DNA of 64,000 nt, from positions 2,784,001-2,848,000 of the forward strand of contig CBDCTH010000012.1 in assembly GCA_965222155.1 (NCBI GenBank), read 5' to 3'. This document shows, in pieces, positions 52,969 to 63,662 of this stretch; position 1 is the first letter of the stretch, and every line of letters starts with the position of its first letter. The DNA is from Gammaproteobacteria bacterium (GTDB lineage Bacteria > Pseudomonadota > Gammaproteobacteria > Eutrophobiales > Eutrophobiaceae). Both the position numbers and the translations under genes were made by a program. Under the pieces are notes generated by a model. The model had not been told where the DNA came from, did not search any database, and saw only the letters and a program-made list of their open reading frames with translations.

Positions 52969-53898
52969 TCAATGAAACTGAAATTCAAAACTTACGGCCT
53001 GTTGTGCGGCGCCGGCCAGTTCCAGGACAAAGTGAATCGGCATGCCGGGAGGCATGCCGGCAGCGGGATTGGCAGCCAGCCCAAGGTAGCCGGCAGGTTT
53101 GAAACGCCCTTGGGAAATCACCTGTCCGTTGGTCGCATAGATAACCAGTTCAATCTGCGGGTAGCGCTGGATATATTCGGCCTGGTTGACCAGGGTAGCG
53201 CGCACCAGCAGGGCATCCCGGAAGCGCGGGTGCAGCCGTACTTCCCGGTTCAACAGCTTGATGGCCGACAGGTCGCGAAAACGGATCACGTCACACTGTA
53301 ACCTTTCACAGAGCCGTTCCGCCCAGAGTGTCAACGCCGGGTACTCGCGCAGCAGGCAGTCCCGGTTGAACCAGGCGACCTGCGCAAGCGCGATCATTGA
53401 CAGGAGAATAATCATGCCGGCCCAGATGAAGCGTGAGGACGAAGCGGTGGTTTTCTCAGCTTCGTAGTCAAGGGCCGGCGACAACTCTGCCGGCAGTTCG
53501 CGGTCTTGCCCGGCATCCGCCGTTTCGGCCTCAGTCGCCTCCTGCTGCGGCTCAGTTGCCTCATCCGCTAATTGAACGCCCGGCGCCGGCGCGTGTTCCG
53601 GTTCAGCGCCTGCAAGGGGGGGTTGATCTTGCTGCGCGGCTGCCGCTTCGGCTTGCGCCTCGTCCTGTTGCTCTACAATTACATCATCAGGCTGTTGAGT
53701 TGGCTTAGCCGGGGCGCTCTTCTGTTCCGTATCGGAGTGTGCCGGCGGCGCTTGTTTTACAGGCGCATCGTGGAGTCGCTCCAGTGCATAAAACGTTTCT
53801 GCACAGTAACCGCATCTTACCCAACCGTCGGCTGCCTTCAGTTGCGCGGCGCGGATACGAAACAGGCGCTCACAGGATGGACAATCTGTAAACATCAC
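52969..53898 (-). CDS. Zinc-ribbon + DUF3426 membrane protein
   Basis: CPSC...WVRCGYC zinc ribbon, low-complexity linker, TM helix, LCERLQC. Confidence 0.85.
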   Translation of the reverse strand: MMFTDCPSCERLFRIRAAQLKAADGWVRCGYCAETFYALERLHDAPVKQAPPAHSDTEQKSAPAKPTQQPDDVIVEQQDEAQAEAAAAQQDQPPLAGAEPEHAPAPGVQLADEATEPQQEATEAETADAGQDRELPAELSPALDYEAEKTTASSSRFIWAGMIILLSMIALAQVAWFNRDCLLREYPALTLWAERLCERLQCDVIRFRDLSAIKLLNREVRLHPRFRDALLVRATLVNQAEYIQRYPQIELVIYATNGQVISQGRFKPAGYLGLAANPAAGMPPGMPIHFVLELAGAAQQAVSFEFQFH

Positions 53899-53912
53899 GC
53901 GTGTGCCGGTCT

Positions 53913-55256
53913 TTATGTGAGACCGAGTTTGTTTTCCAGGTAGTGGATATCGGTGCCCCCGGCAATGAACGCCGCGTCATCCAGCAATCTTTGCAGCACA
54001 GGAATATTGGTGCTGATGCCTTCTATGACCAATTCCGATAGTGCGGTAGACATCCGCGCCAGGGCCAGTTCCCGGGTCTCCCCGTGCGCAATCAACTTTG
54101 CGATCATGGAATCGTAGTGAGGTGGTATGCGATAGCCGTCATAAATATGCGTCTCCATGCGGATCCCCGGTCCACCGGGCTGGTGGAAATGGCTGATCCG
54201 GCCGGGTGACGGCATAAATGTATTCGGATCTTCCGCCTGGATACGGCATTCAAGCGCGTGACCGCGCAACTGGATGTCATCCTGTTGATAACCAAGCGTT
54301 GCGCTGGACGCAATGCGCAGTTGTTCCTTGACGATATCAACGCCGGTCACCATTTCAGTGACGGGGTGTTCCACCTGGATGCGGGTATTCATTTCTATAA
54401 AATAAAATTCTCCGTCCTGATACAGAAATTCCACCGTACCGGCGCCGCGATACCCCATCGCCTTACAGGCAAGGACACAGGTATTGCCGATTTTCTCGCG
54501 CATTTCATCTGTAATTCCAACCGCCGGCGCTTCTTCAATAATCTTCTGGTGACGCCTCTGCATAGAGCAGTCCCGTTCTCCCAGGTGGATGACGTTGCCG
54601 GTTCCATCCGCCAGAATTTGTATCTCGATGTGGCGCGGATGGTCGAGAAATTTTTCCATGTACAAGGTGTCATCGCCAAAGGCGGCAGCCGCCTCCGCGC
54701 GGGTCACCGCCACGGCATTGCGCAGGGTTGCCTCACTACGCACTATCCGCATTCCGCGTCCGCCGCCGCCGGCGGCAGCCTTAATCATGACCGGGTAACC
54801 CAGCTCCCTGGCAGTCCTGCCAATCTCGTCAATATCATCACCGATACTGCCGCTGGAACCGGGGACGCAAGGTATCTTGAATTTTTTCATCTCTTCCCGG
54901 GCCGAGATTTTACTTCCCATCAAACGGATGGTTTCAGCACGGGGCCCGATGAATATAAAACCGCTTTCCTCAACCCGTTCGGCAAAATCAGCATTTTCAG
55001 CCAGGAACCCGTAACCCGGATGAATCGCCACGGCATCGGTGACCTCAGCCGCACTGATTACGGCAGGGATATTCAGGTAACTGCCGGCAGCCGCGGCCGG
55101 ACCGATACATACGGCCTCATCAGCCAACAGCACGTGCTTCTGCTCCCGGTCCACTTCGGAGAAAACCGCTACGGTTTTTATGCCGAGCTCGCGACAGGAA
55201 CGCAGGATGCGCAGGGCAATCTCGCCGCGGTTGGCAATGACCACTTTTCCAAGCAT
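53913..55256 (-). CDS. accC: Acetyl-CoA carboxylase, biotin carboxylase
   Basis: [35 protein letters not shown]. Confidence 0.97.
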   Translation of the reverse strand: MLGKVVIANRGEIALRILRSCRELGIKTVAVFSEVDREQKHVLLADEAVCIGPAAAAGSYLNIPAVISAAEVTDAVAIHPGYGFLAENADFAERVEESGFIFIGPRAETIRLMGSKISAREEMKKFKIPCVPGSSGSIGDDIDEIGRTARELGYPVMIKAAAGGGGRGMRIVRSEATLRNAVAVTRAEAAAAFGDDTLYMEKFLDHPRHIEIQILADGTGNVIHLGERDCSMQRRHQKIIEEAPAVGITDEMREKIGNTCVLACKAMGYRGAGTVEFLYQDGEFYFIEMNTRIQVEHPVTEMVTGVDIVKEQLRIASSATLGYQQDDIQLRGHALECRIQAEDPNTFMPSPGRISHFHQPGGPGIRMETHIYDGYRIPPHYDSMIAKLIAHGETRELALARMSTALSELVIEGISTNIPVLQRLLDDAAFIAGGTDIHYLENKLGLT

Positions 55257-55315
55257 GGTTATTTATCTACAAACTCAGCCACAGGACTCAACAGGCCTGC
55301 CATGGAAACACGGTT

Positions 55316-55786
55316 TTACTGATTACGGATAATGAACAAGGGTTGACCATACTCAACCGGATCGCCATTTGCGACCATGATACGACTGACGACACCGGCT
55401 TTTTCGGATTCAACCTGGTTCATGATCTTCATCGCTTCGATGATACAGAGTACGTCGCCCTTATTTACGGTCTGACCCAGTTCGACAAAAGACGGTTTAT
55501 TCGGCGCCTGGGCCTCGTAGAAGATCCCCACCATGGGCGAACGCACCAGGTTATCCTCGGGCTCGTCCGCTTCAGACGCTTCAGCGCCCGGCGCAGCTTC
55601 CGTTACGGCGGCATTGTGTTGACCCGCGGCCGCTATCTCCCTGGCCGGTACAGTGGCGGTACCCTGCGCAGGCGCGTGCCTGTTGCGGCTGACTCTGACT
55701 GAATCCTTGTCCTCGTGAATCTCGATTTCATCAATAGCGGATTCTTCCAGCATCTCAATCAATTTTTTAACTTTTCTTATATCCAT
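55316..55786 (-). CDS. accB: Biotin carboxyl carrier protein
   Basis: MDIRKVKKLIE, SPMVG, IEAMKIMN. Confidence 0.97.
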   Translation of the reverse strand: MDIRKVKKLIEMLEESAIDEIEIHEDKDSVRVSRNRHAPAQGTATVPAREIAAAGQHNAAVTEAAPGAEASEADEPEDNLVRSPMVGIFYEAQAPNKPSFVELGQTVNKGDVLCIIEAMKIMNQVESEKAGVVSRIMVANGDPVEYGQPLFIIRNQ

Positions 55787-55791
55787 GCCGG

Positions 55792-56232
55792 TTACCCTGG
55801 TAATTTTTCCGCAGCCACCTGCAACGCCAGATGATAACCTGCCGCGCCGGCGCCACTGAGCACTGCTGTTGCCAGGTCCGACAGGTAGGAATGGCGTCTG
55901 AATTCCTCCCGGGCAAACACATTGGACAGGTGGACTTCAATGAACGGGATGGAGACCCCGGAAAAAGCATCCCGCAAGGCGATGCTGGTATGGGTAAATG
56001 CGCCGGGATTGATAATGATGAACTCGACCCCTTGCTTTTTTGCCTGATGGATTCTGTCAATCAGGTCATGCTCGGCATTGGACTGATAGCAAACCAGGCT
56101 GTGACCCAGTCGTGCGGCGTCCGCAACCAGGTCCTGGTTGATATCTTCCAGGGTCGCCGTCCCGTAAATCTCCGGCTCCCGCTCCCCAAGCAGGTTCAGG
56201 TTGGGCCCATGCAATACCAATAGTTTCGCCAT
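55792..56232 (-). CDS. aroQ: Type II 3-dehydroquinate dehydratase
   Basis: [32 protein letters not shown]. Confidence 0.97.
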   Translation of the reverse strand: MAKLLVLHGPNLNLLGEREPEIYGTATLEDINQDLVADAARLGHSLVCYQSNAEHDLIDRIHQAKKQGVEFIIINPGAFTHTSIALRDAFSGVSIPFIEVHLSNVFAREEFRRHSYLSDLATAVLSGAGAAGYHLALQVAAEKLPG

Positions 56233-56354
56233 AACAGTTTTATTTTCAGATGAAATCAGGAATTTTCGCTACATTTTGCCACATAATAGCAGAATATAGC
56301 CGAATTTAAACATAAAAAGGGGTGGCTGTTATTTCAGCCCTTTATCGGAACGCC

Positions 56355-56927
56355 TCAGAGTAGGCGGTTGATGATGGCTTCCGCTTCTTCAGTCGGCAGG
56401 ATACCGGGCTTGACATGGGCCACTTGCCCGTTCCTGTCGATGATCACGGTATACGGCAGGGCGCCGATGTGGTTGCCATAGGCCTCGGCCAGTTTGATTA
56501 CCTCCAGTTCGCCCGCCAGCACCGGGTAGTTCATCCCGTTCTCCGCTACGAAGTCGCGCACCTCTTCCGGCCGCTGCAAGGCGATGCCGATGAATTGCAG
56601 TCCCTGCGCCTGGTACCTGGTTTGCAATACGACAAACTCCGGGACCTCCTTTAAACAGGGTGGACACCAGGTCGCCCAGAAATTCAGCGCGATCACTTTG
56701 CCGTCCCACTCACTGATTGATCGCATCTTTCCGTCCAGGTCCGGCAGCGTGAAATCCGGCCTGTGCCGGCCCAGCACCAGGGAGGCTGTGGTGGATTGTA
56801 CGGCTTTGCCGTTTTGTTCGGGAGATGTGCGGGCAACCTCGTCCTGCTGAAAGTGATACAGGCGCGACCCCAGGTAGGCGGAAACGAAAATCAGCCCTGC
56901 CAATGCCACCCATCCCGGTCTGTTCAT
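56355..56927 (-). CDS. TlpA-family disulfide reductase
   Basis: N-terminal TM helix; NFWATWCPPC. Confidence 0.92.
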   Translation of the reverse strand: MNRPGWVALAGLIFVSAYLGSRLYHFQQDEVARTSPEQNGKAVQSTTASLVLGRHRPDFTLPDLDGKMRSISEWDGKVIALNFWATWCPPCLKEVPEFVVLQTRYQAQGLQFIGIALQRPEEVRDFVAENGMNYPVLAGELEVIKLAEAYGNHIGALPYTVIIDRNGQVAHVKPGILPTEEAEAIINRLL

Positions 56928-58750
56928 GAGGTCAGTAACTTTGCCAGGTGCTGCAGGAACTGTTCCGGCTTGACGTAACCGATCAGGCGGTATTCCTGCA
57001 GTTCCTGCGCGTCCGTTCCGAAAAACAGGATGGCCGGTGGTCCGAACAGTTGAAAGCGTTCCAGCAGTTGCTGATCTTCGCTATCGTTCCGGGTCACGTT
57101 CGCCTGCACCAGGATGACGTCAGACAGGACCCGTTTTACCTCCGGTTCGGTAAACGTGTCGTGTTCCATCTCGATGCAGGTAACGCACCAGTCCGCATAA
57201 AAATCAAGCATCACGAATTTACCCGTCGTAGCGGCGGCAGTCAGCGTCCGGTCCAGGTCTGCGGCGCTCTTGATACGCTGGAATTCCAGGCTGCTTGAGG
57301 CGGCGGGCTTTCCGGCCAGGTGGGCAAGGGGACGTAACATATCGTCGGAACCCGACAGCGCGCCTGTGATCAAGGCGGCGGCATAGATCAGGCCGGCAAT
57401 GCCGACAGCCCTGAATACCTTGCCGCTGTGCCGGGTCCGGTCCAGCGCGCCCATGAGCAGCGCCGCGAGGATAACCAGCAGCGCCCACAATAACATGGCT
57501 ACGGCGCCCGGTATGACTCGTTCCAGGAACCAGATTGCCACGCCCAGCATAATGATGCCGAAGCCTTGCTTGACCTTCTCCATCCAGGGGCCGACCCGGG
57601 GCAGCAATGACCCGGCGGACGAACCGATGACCAGCAACGGCACGCCGAAGCCCAGACCCATCGAAAACAATGCCGCAGCGCCCAGTAACGCATCTCCGGT
57701 CTGGCTGATATACAGCAAGGCGCCGGCCAGGGGCGGCGCGACACAGGGGCCGACGATAATGGCGGACACCGCGCCCATCAGCGCGCTGGAATACAGGCCG
57801 GACACCTGCCCGGGCTGTGACAGGGAGGACAGCCGGGTCTGTATGGCTGCCGGCATGCGTAATTCATAAACCCCGAACATGGACAGGGCCAGGATGACAA
57901 AAACCAGGCTGAACGCACTGATCGCCCAGACATTCTGGGAAGCAGCCTGCAGGTTCACCTGGAAAGAACCGGCCAGCACCCCCAGCAAGGCGTAGGTCAG
58001 CGCCATGGCGAGGACGTAGGCAAGGGATAACGAAAATCCGCGCCGGGACGTCACGGTACCGGACTGTCCAACGATGATGCCGGACAGGATAGGGATCATC
58101 GGAAATACACAAGGGGTAAGCGACAGTAAGACACCGAAGGCAAAAAACGCGAGGACATTCAGGATGAGGCTGCCCTGTTTCAGCCGCGCGGTAATCCTGT
58201 CCTGGACTGAAAGCTGTGCCTGGCTCACCGGTTGTACGGTGGCGGAAAGGGTTTGGCCCAGGTCAACGGCGATCTCCTTTTGTTGCGGCGGGTAGCAGAC
58301 CGATCCCTCCTTGCAACCCTGATAACCCACCTGGAACAGGGCATCGGGGGTCACCGCCCTGCCGGGGACAAGCGCCACTTCAACAGCGACCAGTCCGGTG
58401 TTGACTTCAATCTCGCCAAAGGACTCATCCTGCTTGACCTGGCCGCGTGGTATCCGGATCGCTGTCTCATCAATCCTCACATCATCTGTCAGGGAGGCGA
58501 ACGAAAACTTGTCCCGGTAGAGGTAATATCCCTCTGCCACTACCCAGGTGAATTGCACGGTATCCGGATTGAGCGGCTCCGCGGTCAGTCGGAAAGCCTG
58601 GTCGGGATCCAGAATCCCATAATGGCTGAAACTGTCGTTATCGGATCCGACCAGGTTTTTCAGGCGTTCTCCGATGGATTGCGCGAATGCGGCAAGGGCA
58701 ACCAGGCACAGTAGCAGCGGGATTATCTGTCGTGGTTCAGGCATCTTCAT
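56924..58750 (-). CDS. dsbD: Protein-disulfide reductase DsbD
   Basis: GYYLYR, YQGC..CYPP, TPCVFPM, GPCVAPPL, DFYADWCVTC; start placed at ATG 58750 before the signal peptide. Confidence 0.95.
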   Translation of the reverse strand: MKMPEPRQIIPLLLCLVALAAFAQSIGERLKNLVGSDNDSFSHYGILDPDQAFRLTAEPLNPDTVQFTWVVAEGYYLYRDKFSFASLTDDVRIDETAIRIPRGQVKQDESFGEIEVNTGLVAVEVALVPGRAVTPDALFQVGYQGCKEGSVCYPPQQKEIAVDLGQTLSATVQPVSQAQLSVQDRITARLKQGSLILNVLAFFAFGVLLSLTPCVFPMIPILSGIIVGQSGTVTSRRGFSLSLAYVLAMALTYALLGVLAGSFQVNLQAASQNVWAISAFSLVFVILALSMFGVYELRMPAAIQTRLSSLSQPGQVSGLYSSALMGAVSAIIVGPCVAPPLAGALLYISQTGDALLGAAALFSMGLGFGVPLLVIGSSAGSLLPRVGPWMEKVKQGFGIIMLGVAIWFLERVIPGAVAMLLWALLVILAALLMGALDRTRHSGKVFRAVGIAGLIYAAALITGALSGSDDMLRPLAHLAGKPAASSSLEFQRIKSAADLDRTLTAAATTGKFVMLDFYADWCVTCIEMEHDTFTEPEVKRVLSDVILVQANVTRNDSEDQQLLERFQLFGPPAILFFGTDAQELQEYRLIGYVKPEQFLQHLAKLLTS

Positions 58751-59105
58751 GCGTATTTTCGTCAATCCAGGATAAATATTCAGGCAAACCTCTATTGACA
58801 GGGACTCCGATGATTTCCGGAAGTTCATAAGGATGTAATTCCCTGATGCGCCGTTCCAGCGCCGGGTAGCTTGCCGAAGACGTCTTGATCAGCAGCAGGT
58901 GTTCATCCGTGCAATCCACTTTGCCCGCCCAGTGGAAATAGGATCGCAATCCGGGCAGCACCTGTACGCAGGCAGCCAGCTTGTCCTCTACCAGGTCAGC
59001 CGCGATGCGGCCAGCCGTCTCGGAGTCCGGACAGGTATTCAAGACCACCAGATATTCGGGTAACTCAGCGATGACTGTCTTTCCTGGATTATTGCGCATG
59101 CCCAA
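58737..59105 (-). CDS. cutA: Divalent-cation tolerance protein CutA
   Basis: LAACV, SYFHW, HPYELPEII, YLSWI; start uncertain. Confidence 0.93.
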   Translation of the reverse strand: MGMRNNPGKTVIAELPEYLVVLNTCPDSETAGRIAADLVEDKLAACVQVLPGLRSYFHWAGKVDCTDEHLLLIKTSSASYPALERRIRELHPYELPEIIGVPVNRGLPEYLSWIDENTHEDA

Positions 59106-59190
59106 ACATGCAGGTGAAAAAGGTATATAATAACCTACACTGGGTGGAACCTGCTTGAAAAATCATTTTTCTGCCAATACATTGATAATC

Positions 59191-59619
59191 ATGTTCAAGA
59201 TCCTTTTCCTGCTGTTTCTAACCATCCCCCTCATTGAAATTTATTTTCTCATACAGGTGGGACAGTACATCGGCGCATTGTCGACGATATTACTGTGCAT
59301 CCTGACCGCCGCCCTCGGCGCCATACTGCTGCGTATCCAGGGCCTGCTGACGCTGCTGCGGGCGCGCGAGAAACTGCACCAGGGTGAAATACCGGCTGAT
59401 CATCTACTGGAGGGGTTGATCCTGCTTATCGCCGGCGTCCTGTTACTGACCCCGGGCTTTGTCACCGACGTGATCGGCTTCCTGTGCCTGGTCCCTTCCC
59501 TGCGCTCACGACTGGCCCTGAAAATGCTCCACCAGGCATTTCATTCCGGTATACGGGAAAAAAATATCATCATCGAGGGAGAATTCCGGGAAGAGGACAA
59601 TCACCGGCGGCTGCATTAG
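59191..59619 (+). CDS. fxsA: FxsA family membrane protein
   Basis: PLIEIY, LLLTPGFVTD, IIEGEF. Confidence 0.92.
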   Translation: MFKILFLLFLTIPLIEIYFLIQVGQYIGALSTILLCILTAALGAILLRIQGLLTLLRAREKLHQGEIPADHLLEGLILLIAGVLLLTPGFVTDVIGFLCLVPSLRSRLALKMLHQAFHSGIREKNIIIEGEFREEDNHRRLH

Positions 59620-59656
59620 TGCGCAGGTGCTGCCCCGGCATGTTGTAACCAGCAGC

Positions 59657-60349
59657 GTGACAACGGAAAAACAACAAAACATCATCGATTACCTATCCGG
59701 GTTCATTAACGAAGAGCGCCGGGAACGTTTGAGAAATATCCTCCATCAGAGAACCCGTCATATCACCGTCGTGCTGGAAGACATCTACCAGTCACAAAAC
59801 GCCAGTGCGGTCGTGCGTACCTGTGAATGCCTGGGCATACAGGAAATCCACGTCATCGAGAACCGGCATGAATACCGCCTCAATCCCGCCGTGGTGCAAG
59901 GGGCATCGAAATGGATCGACCTGATAAAACACAACCGGGCTGGGCAGGACAATACTCATGCCTGTATCGAACAACTCAAACAACGGGGTTATCGCATCAT
60001 CGCCATGGCGCCGGCGCCGGCCGCCAAGACCGTGGAACAACTGGATATCAGGGACAAACTCGCGCTCTGCTTCGGCTCGGAAGAACCGGGGCTTTCGGCA
60101 AACCTGCAAGCCCTTGCCGATGAAACCGTGAGAATCTCGATTCACGGTTTCACCCAAAGCTACAACCTGTCAGTCAGCGCAGGAATCAGCCTGTACACCC
60201 TGGACAGAAACCTGAGAAACTCCGGCATCAACTGGCAACTTGATGAGCGCGACGCCACAGACCTCTTTATCAAATGGCTGGCACGATCAACGCCTTCCGG
60301 TGAGCAGTTGCTGGAGAATTACCTGAAGCGACTGGAGGATTCGTCGTAG
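59657..60349 (+). CDS. TrmH/SpoU-family RNA methyltransferase
   Basis: VVLEDIYQSQNASAVVRTCE, FGSEEPG, GFTQSYNLSVS; GTG start uncertain (59627 or 59657). Confidence 0.88.
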   Translation: MTTEKQQNIIDYLSGFINEERRERLRNILHQRTRHITVVLEDIYQSQNASAVVRTCECLGIQEIHVIENRHEYRLNPAVVQGASKWIDLIKHNRAGQDNTHACIEQLKQRGYRIIAMAPAPAAKTVEQLDIRDKLALCFGSEEPGLSANLQALADETVRISIHGFTQSYNLSVSAGISLYTLDRNLRNSGINWQLDERDATDLFIKWLARSTPSGEQLLENYLKRLEDSS

Positions 60350-60374
60350 CTGGATACTGTGGAGCTACGGCGCA

Positions 60375-60431
60375 CCATTCCTGCGCAGGCAGGAATCCAG
60401 TCAAAGTAGTCATTCCTTAAGATAAGTAAGA
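60375..60431. repeat. Left half of a REP doublet, truncated at the mobile-element junction
   Basis: CCATTCCTGCGCAGGCAGGAATCCAGT plus a partial ATTCCTT spacer; no right arm follows. Confidence 0.65.
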
Positions 60432-60477
60432 CTAGCATTCCTTGTTTCACAATATGATCGACAAAAAGGTCAAGTTT

Positions 60478-62089
60478 TCAGGCGGCGATTTTGGCGCATT
60501 GGATGTGCTTCTCTATCATGTTTTCCACCCGTTTGACAGCAGCCACCAAGGGTCGGGACGGACTGAGGTCGGTCGGGTCGAACAACTGTGACAACCCGCC
60601 GCGCAGGAGCTGGCTGTGCATCTTGGTAAAGAACAGACCGATACGCAGCCCCGCACTCGTCACCCGATAGCGCCGGCTCGATGGTATCCGTTCAATCAAC
60701 CCGTGCAGTCGTAAGCGGCGCAGGTCATAGGTCATCTGTCCGCTACGGTACTACTGGGGTGTCTTGCCCAGGAGGTGGGCCACGTGCTCACGTAAGCCGG
60801 CGTGACGGAAGCCCTGCGGCAGCAGGGAGAACAACAGCAGGGCCTGGAGCAGCGCCATCACCCGCGGGGCCCCGAACTTCAGGGCCGCGGCAGTTTGCCC
60901 GGCTACCGTGCGCCGGCCTGTGACCCGGTCAAACACCCGCGCCCCGATGCGGCAGTCCTGGCTCAAGGTGTCGACGTGCAGTAAGCGTCGGTTGGCCGCA
61001 AAGCCGACCTCCCGCAGGGCGGGGAGGTTCACCAGTTTCTTGCCAATGCCAAAGTTGCGGGTATTATTGACCGTGGTTTCCGTGCGCAACGCCCGGTCTT
61101 CCTTGAAGTACTGTTTGATCTTCGAGTCCTGATAGCTGATATGCAGCGCCGGCGTGACGCCGGCCGTCACCACGCGGGTGCGCAACGCGCCCGGCGTGCG
61201 CCGGGTCACCCGTCGGTTGAAGAGCAAACTCACCTGGCTGGGGCGCCCCAGGTCCAGGTTCTCCCGAATCACTTCTTCAAAGAAGCAGCGGCCCGACAAG
61301 GGCCGGTCAAACACCTGGGTCCGGGCAAATTCCGCCTGCAGGATGGATAAGTCATAGTCAAACCCCGCCGCACGGTCCTCGGCCGTGAACGGCGCCGGCA
61401 GCCGTGCCAACCACTTGCGTACCACGCCCGCAATGCGTCGCTCGTCCAAGCCGTCGGCTAACGCCTGTGCCAGGTGGGGTTGCTCACACACAGGACAGCA
61501 AGCCGTTATCCAGTGCCCGACAGCCCACCCCGCGCTTGGCCAACTGTCGCTTGAGATACTCGCGACCGTTCAAACACACCCGCGCCGTGTACGGGAAGTA
61601 GCCAGCGAACTTGATGAACAGCGGGCCAAAGTCAGCCTCCACCAGGTAGACGTAGTACTGGTTGCACCTCACCGTCGTTCGACCCAACCAGGGAAATACC
61701 TGACCGCTCGCCGGGTTGAGTTTCTTCTCGACCCGGAAGCTGGCACACTGCTCCTGCGCCACGCCGATGTAGAGCACCCCTTCGTTCCCCTGAAACGACG
61801 ACAGGTAACCCTGCGTCACGTCATCCTTGCGTACCCCTTTCTCAAACCGTTCAATCACCACGCCCTCGGCCCGGGCAAACTGACGAATATGCTTGACAAA
61901 CGTCCGCGACAGGGGCGCCATCAGCGTCGTCGAGGCCACCTGCGCGCGCCGGTGCTGCTTGAAAAAATACGCCACCCCGGCCCCGGTCTGCAGCCGCGGT
62001 TGATACGCATTCAGGTACAGACGGTCAATGCACTCGATATCCAGTGTCACCTGGTCTTGTAGCAGATTACCTACGGTTTGCGTTATCAT
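60478..62089 (-). pseudogene. ~535-aa transposase-like protein with Rep_trans-like motifs and a C-terminal winged helix; frameshift near 61487 and in-frame TAG at 60751-60753
   Basis: Three ORF pieces join into one protein (TLDIECIDRLYLN...NQYYVY..DFGP..IKF..YFPY...LNG; KIKQYFKEDRALRTETTVN; MTYDLRRLRLHGLIERI...YRVT). Confidence 0.7.
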
Positions 62090-62434
62090 AGTCTCCGCTC
62101 CGGTTGCCATGGGGCGTAAGCCCCCCCCCACCGCCTGCGCGGTCATAACCAAAGTCTACCCGACTTCGGAGGTCAGCCGGCGCTCTTTTCATGGCTTGTC
62201 GGTATGAGGCGAAGCTTCGCTAGATACTGGTTTCACGTGTCGGTCAGAAAGACAAAAGTCTCCTGATAAAAAAACGCGTTTGCCTGTTCGAAAATACTGC
62301 TCATAAAAAATATAACTTATAATCAAAATATTATGAATCATCATAAAAAAATTATAATTATAAATATGACGGCTTTTCACACGTTTCCGGCATTGGTACC
62401 AAGCTGAGTTTTTCTTCGGAGGTCTTTCACGGCG

Positions 62435-62605
62435 ATGCCCGATAATTCCACCCCTCGTCCCGGGATGCTTGCCACGGTACGCAACCGGCGCGGCGTCATC
62501 GCCGCCGTCAACCCCTTCGACGGCGAGACCGGGCGGCTGCATCTGGTCCACGTCGAATACAATGAACAAAACTATGAAGCGGGACAATCAGATATGTTCG
62601 AGTAA
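62435..62605 (+). pseudogene. 56-aa remnant resembling the N-terminus of DrmD-like SNF2 defence helicases
   Basis: MPDNSTPRPGMLATVRNRRGVIAAVNPFDGETGRLHLVHVEY, then an abrupt compositional switch and a stop. Confidence 0.35.
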
Positions 62606-62675
62606 CTATAGGCGAGGTCAACCAAACTAGTTCTCTGCGTGGTATCATGCCGCAGTTCAGGGCGGGGTAATATCT

Positions 62676-63599
62676 ATGACTATTCATAAACAGCGTACAA
62701 TCTCGTATTTACGAGCTGTTTGGCCGCAACACATTTCTGTACCGATGACGCTGGAAAGTTGCTTGAGAAGTTGCTTACAAACATTTCCATACGCAGATGA
62801 TAGCCGCCTGAGTTTAGCAGATGGATCAGCAGAAATTCGCCATAGGAAAGATAGACCCGGGTTTCTTTGCCTTCACATCGCATCGTGGACCGATGGGGAG
62901 GAAATATCTACTGTTCCTCATCCCCCACCCCCGATGCTGATCTGTCTGCTCAAGCACCTGGAATTGACTGGGACTTTCTCGATGGCGACGGCATGGTGCT
63001 TGTAGCATCTGACCACTGTTTTTTAATGCCTAGCGGTCTACATCCTAAGTCGATTGAGCGCTATCTTCGTTTGCTGATTGTAAATGCAAGAAGCTATGGC
63101 GCACATATTCCTGATGAAATGGATCGCTTTGATCTACTCCCAATCGCCAACGACCGCGCCGTTCAAGAAGTGTTCTCAGGAAGAGGCATCAAAAACATTC
63201 ATCTAAACAGCGAGGCAAAATAATCACGTTAAATCAGAAAACATCGTTCAACGTCTTGGCCGCGAGATACTTTCAACATTAGTACATGCTGATGATGACC
63301 GACGACGAATAGAAGAGGCTGACAACGTGAATGCAAAGTTAATTATCTCTATCAACAGACGTAAGGCAGGCTTGAAACCAGAGGAACTCATACCAATTGC
63401 TCGTCAAGTTGTATCAGAGAGCGAGGATGATATTGAATTTGAGACGGTTGATGGAACACGCGTGAAAGCCGGACAATTAATCCTTAAGAAGACTGTTAAT
63501 GTTCACGCTTTCGCAAAGACCGTACGATACCAACATGCATGGGAAGAGATGGAAGTCTATTTCAGAGAACTCAATAATAATGGAGCGTTAGAACAGTGA
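62676..63599 (+). pseudogene. Fragmented hypothetical protein
   Basis: Three consecutive same-strand ORFs in different frames; one shift lies at the C-rich run near 62925. Confidence 0.55.
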
Positions 63600-63662
63600 A
63601 GCGATGGATAGCCTATTCGCGTGTAGCCCTGCTACTTATTGGCATAGTCACAGGTCTAGTTA

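Noticed and set aside
62230-62415. Possible additional IS ends in the AT-rich stretch (CTTTTCACACGTTTCC; TACCAAGCTGAGTT)
   Set aside because: No partner inverted repeat or transposase found in the window, so it cannot be supported.
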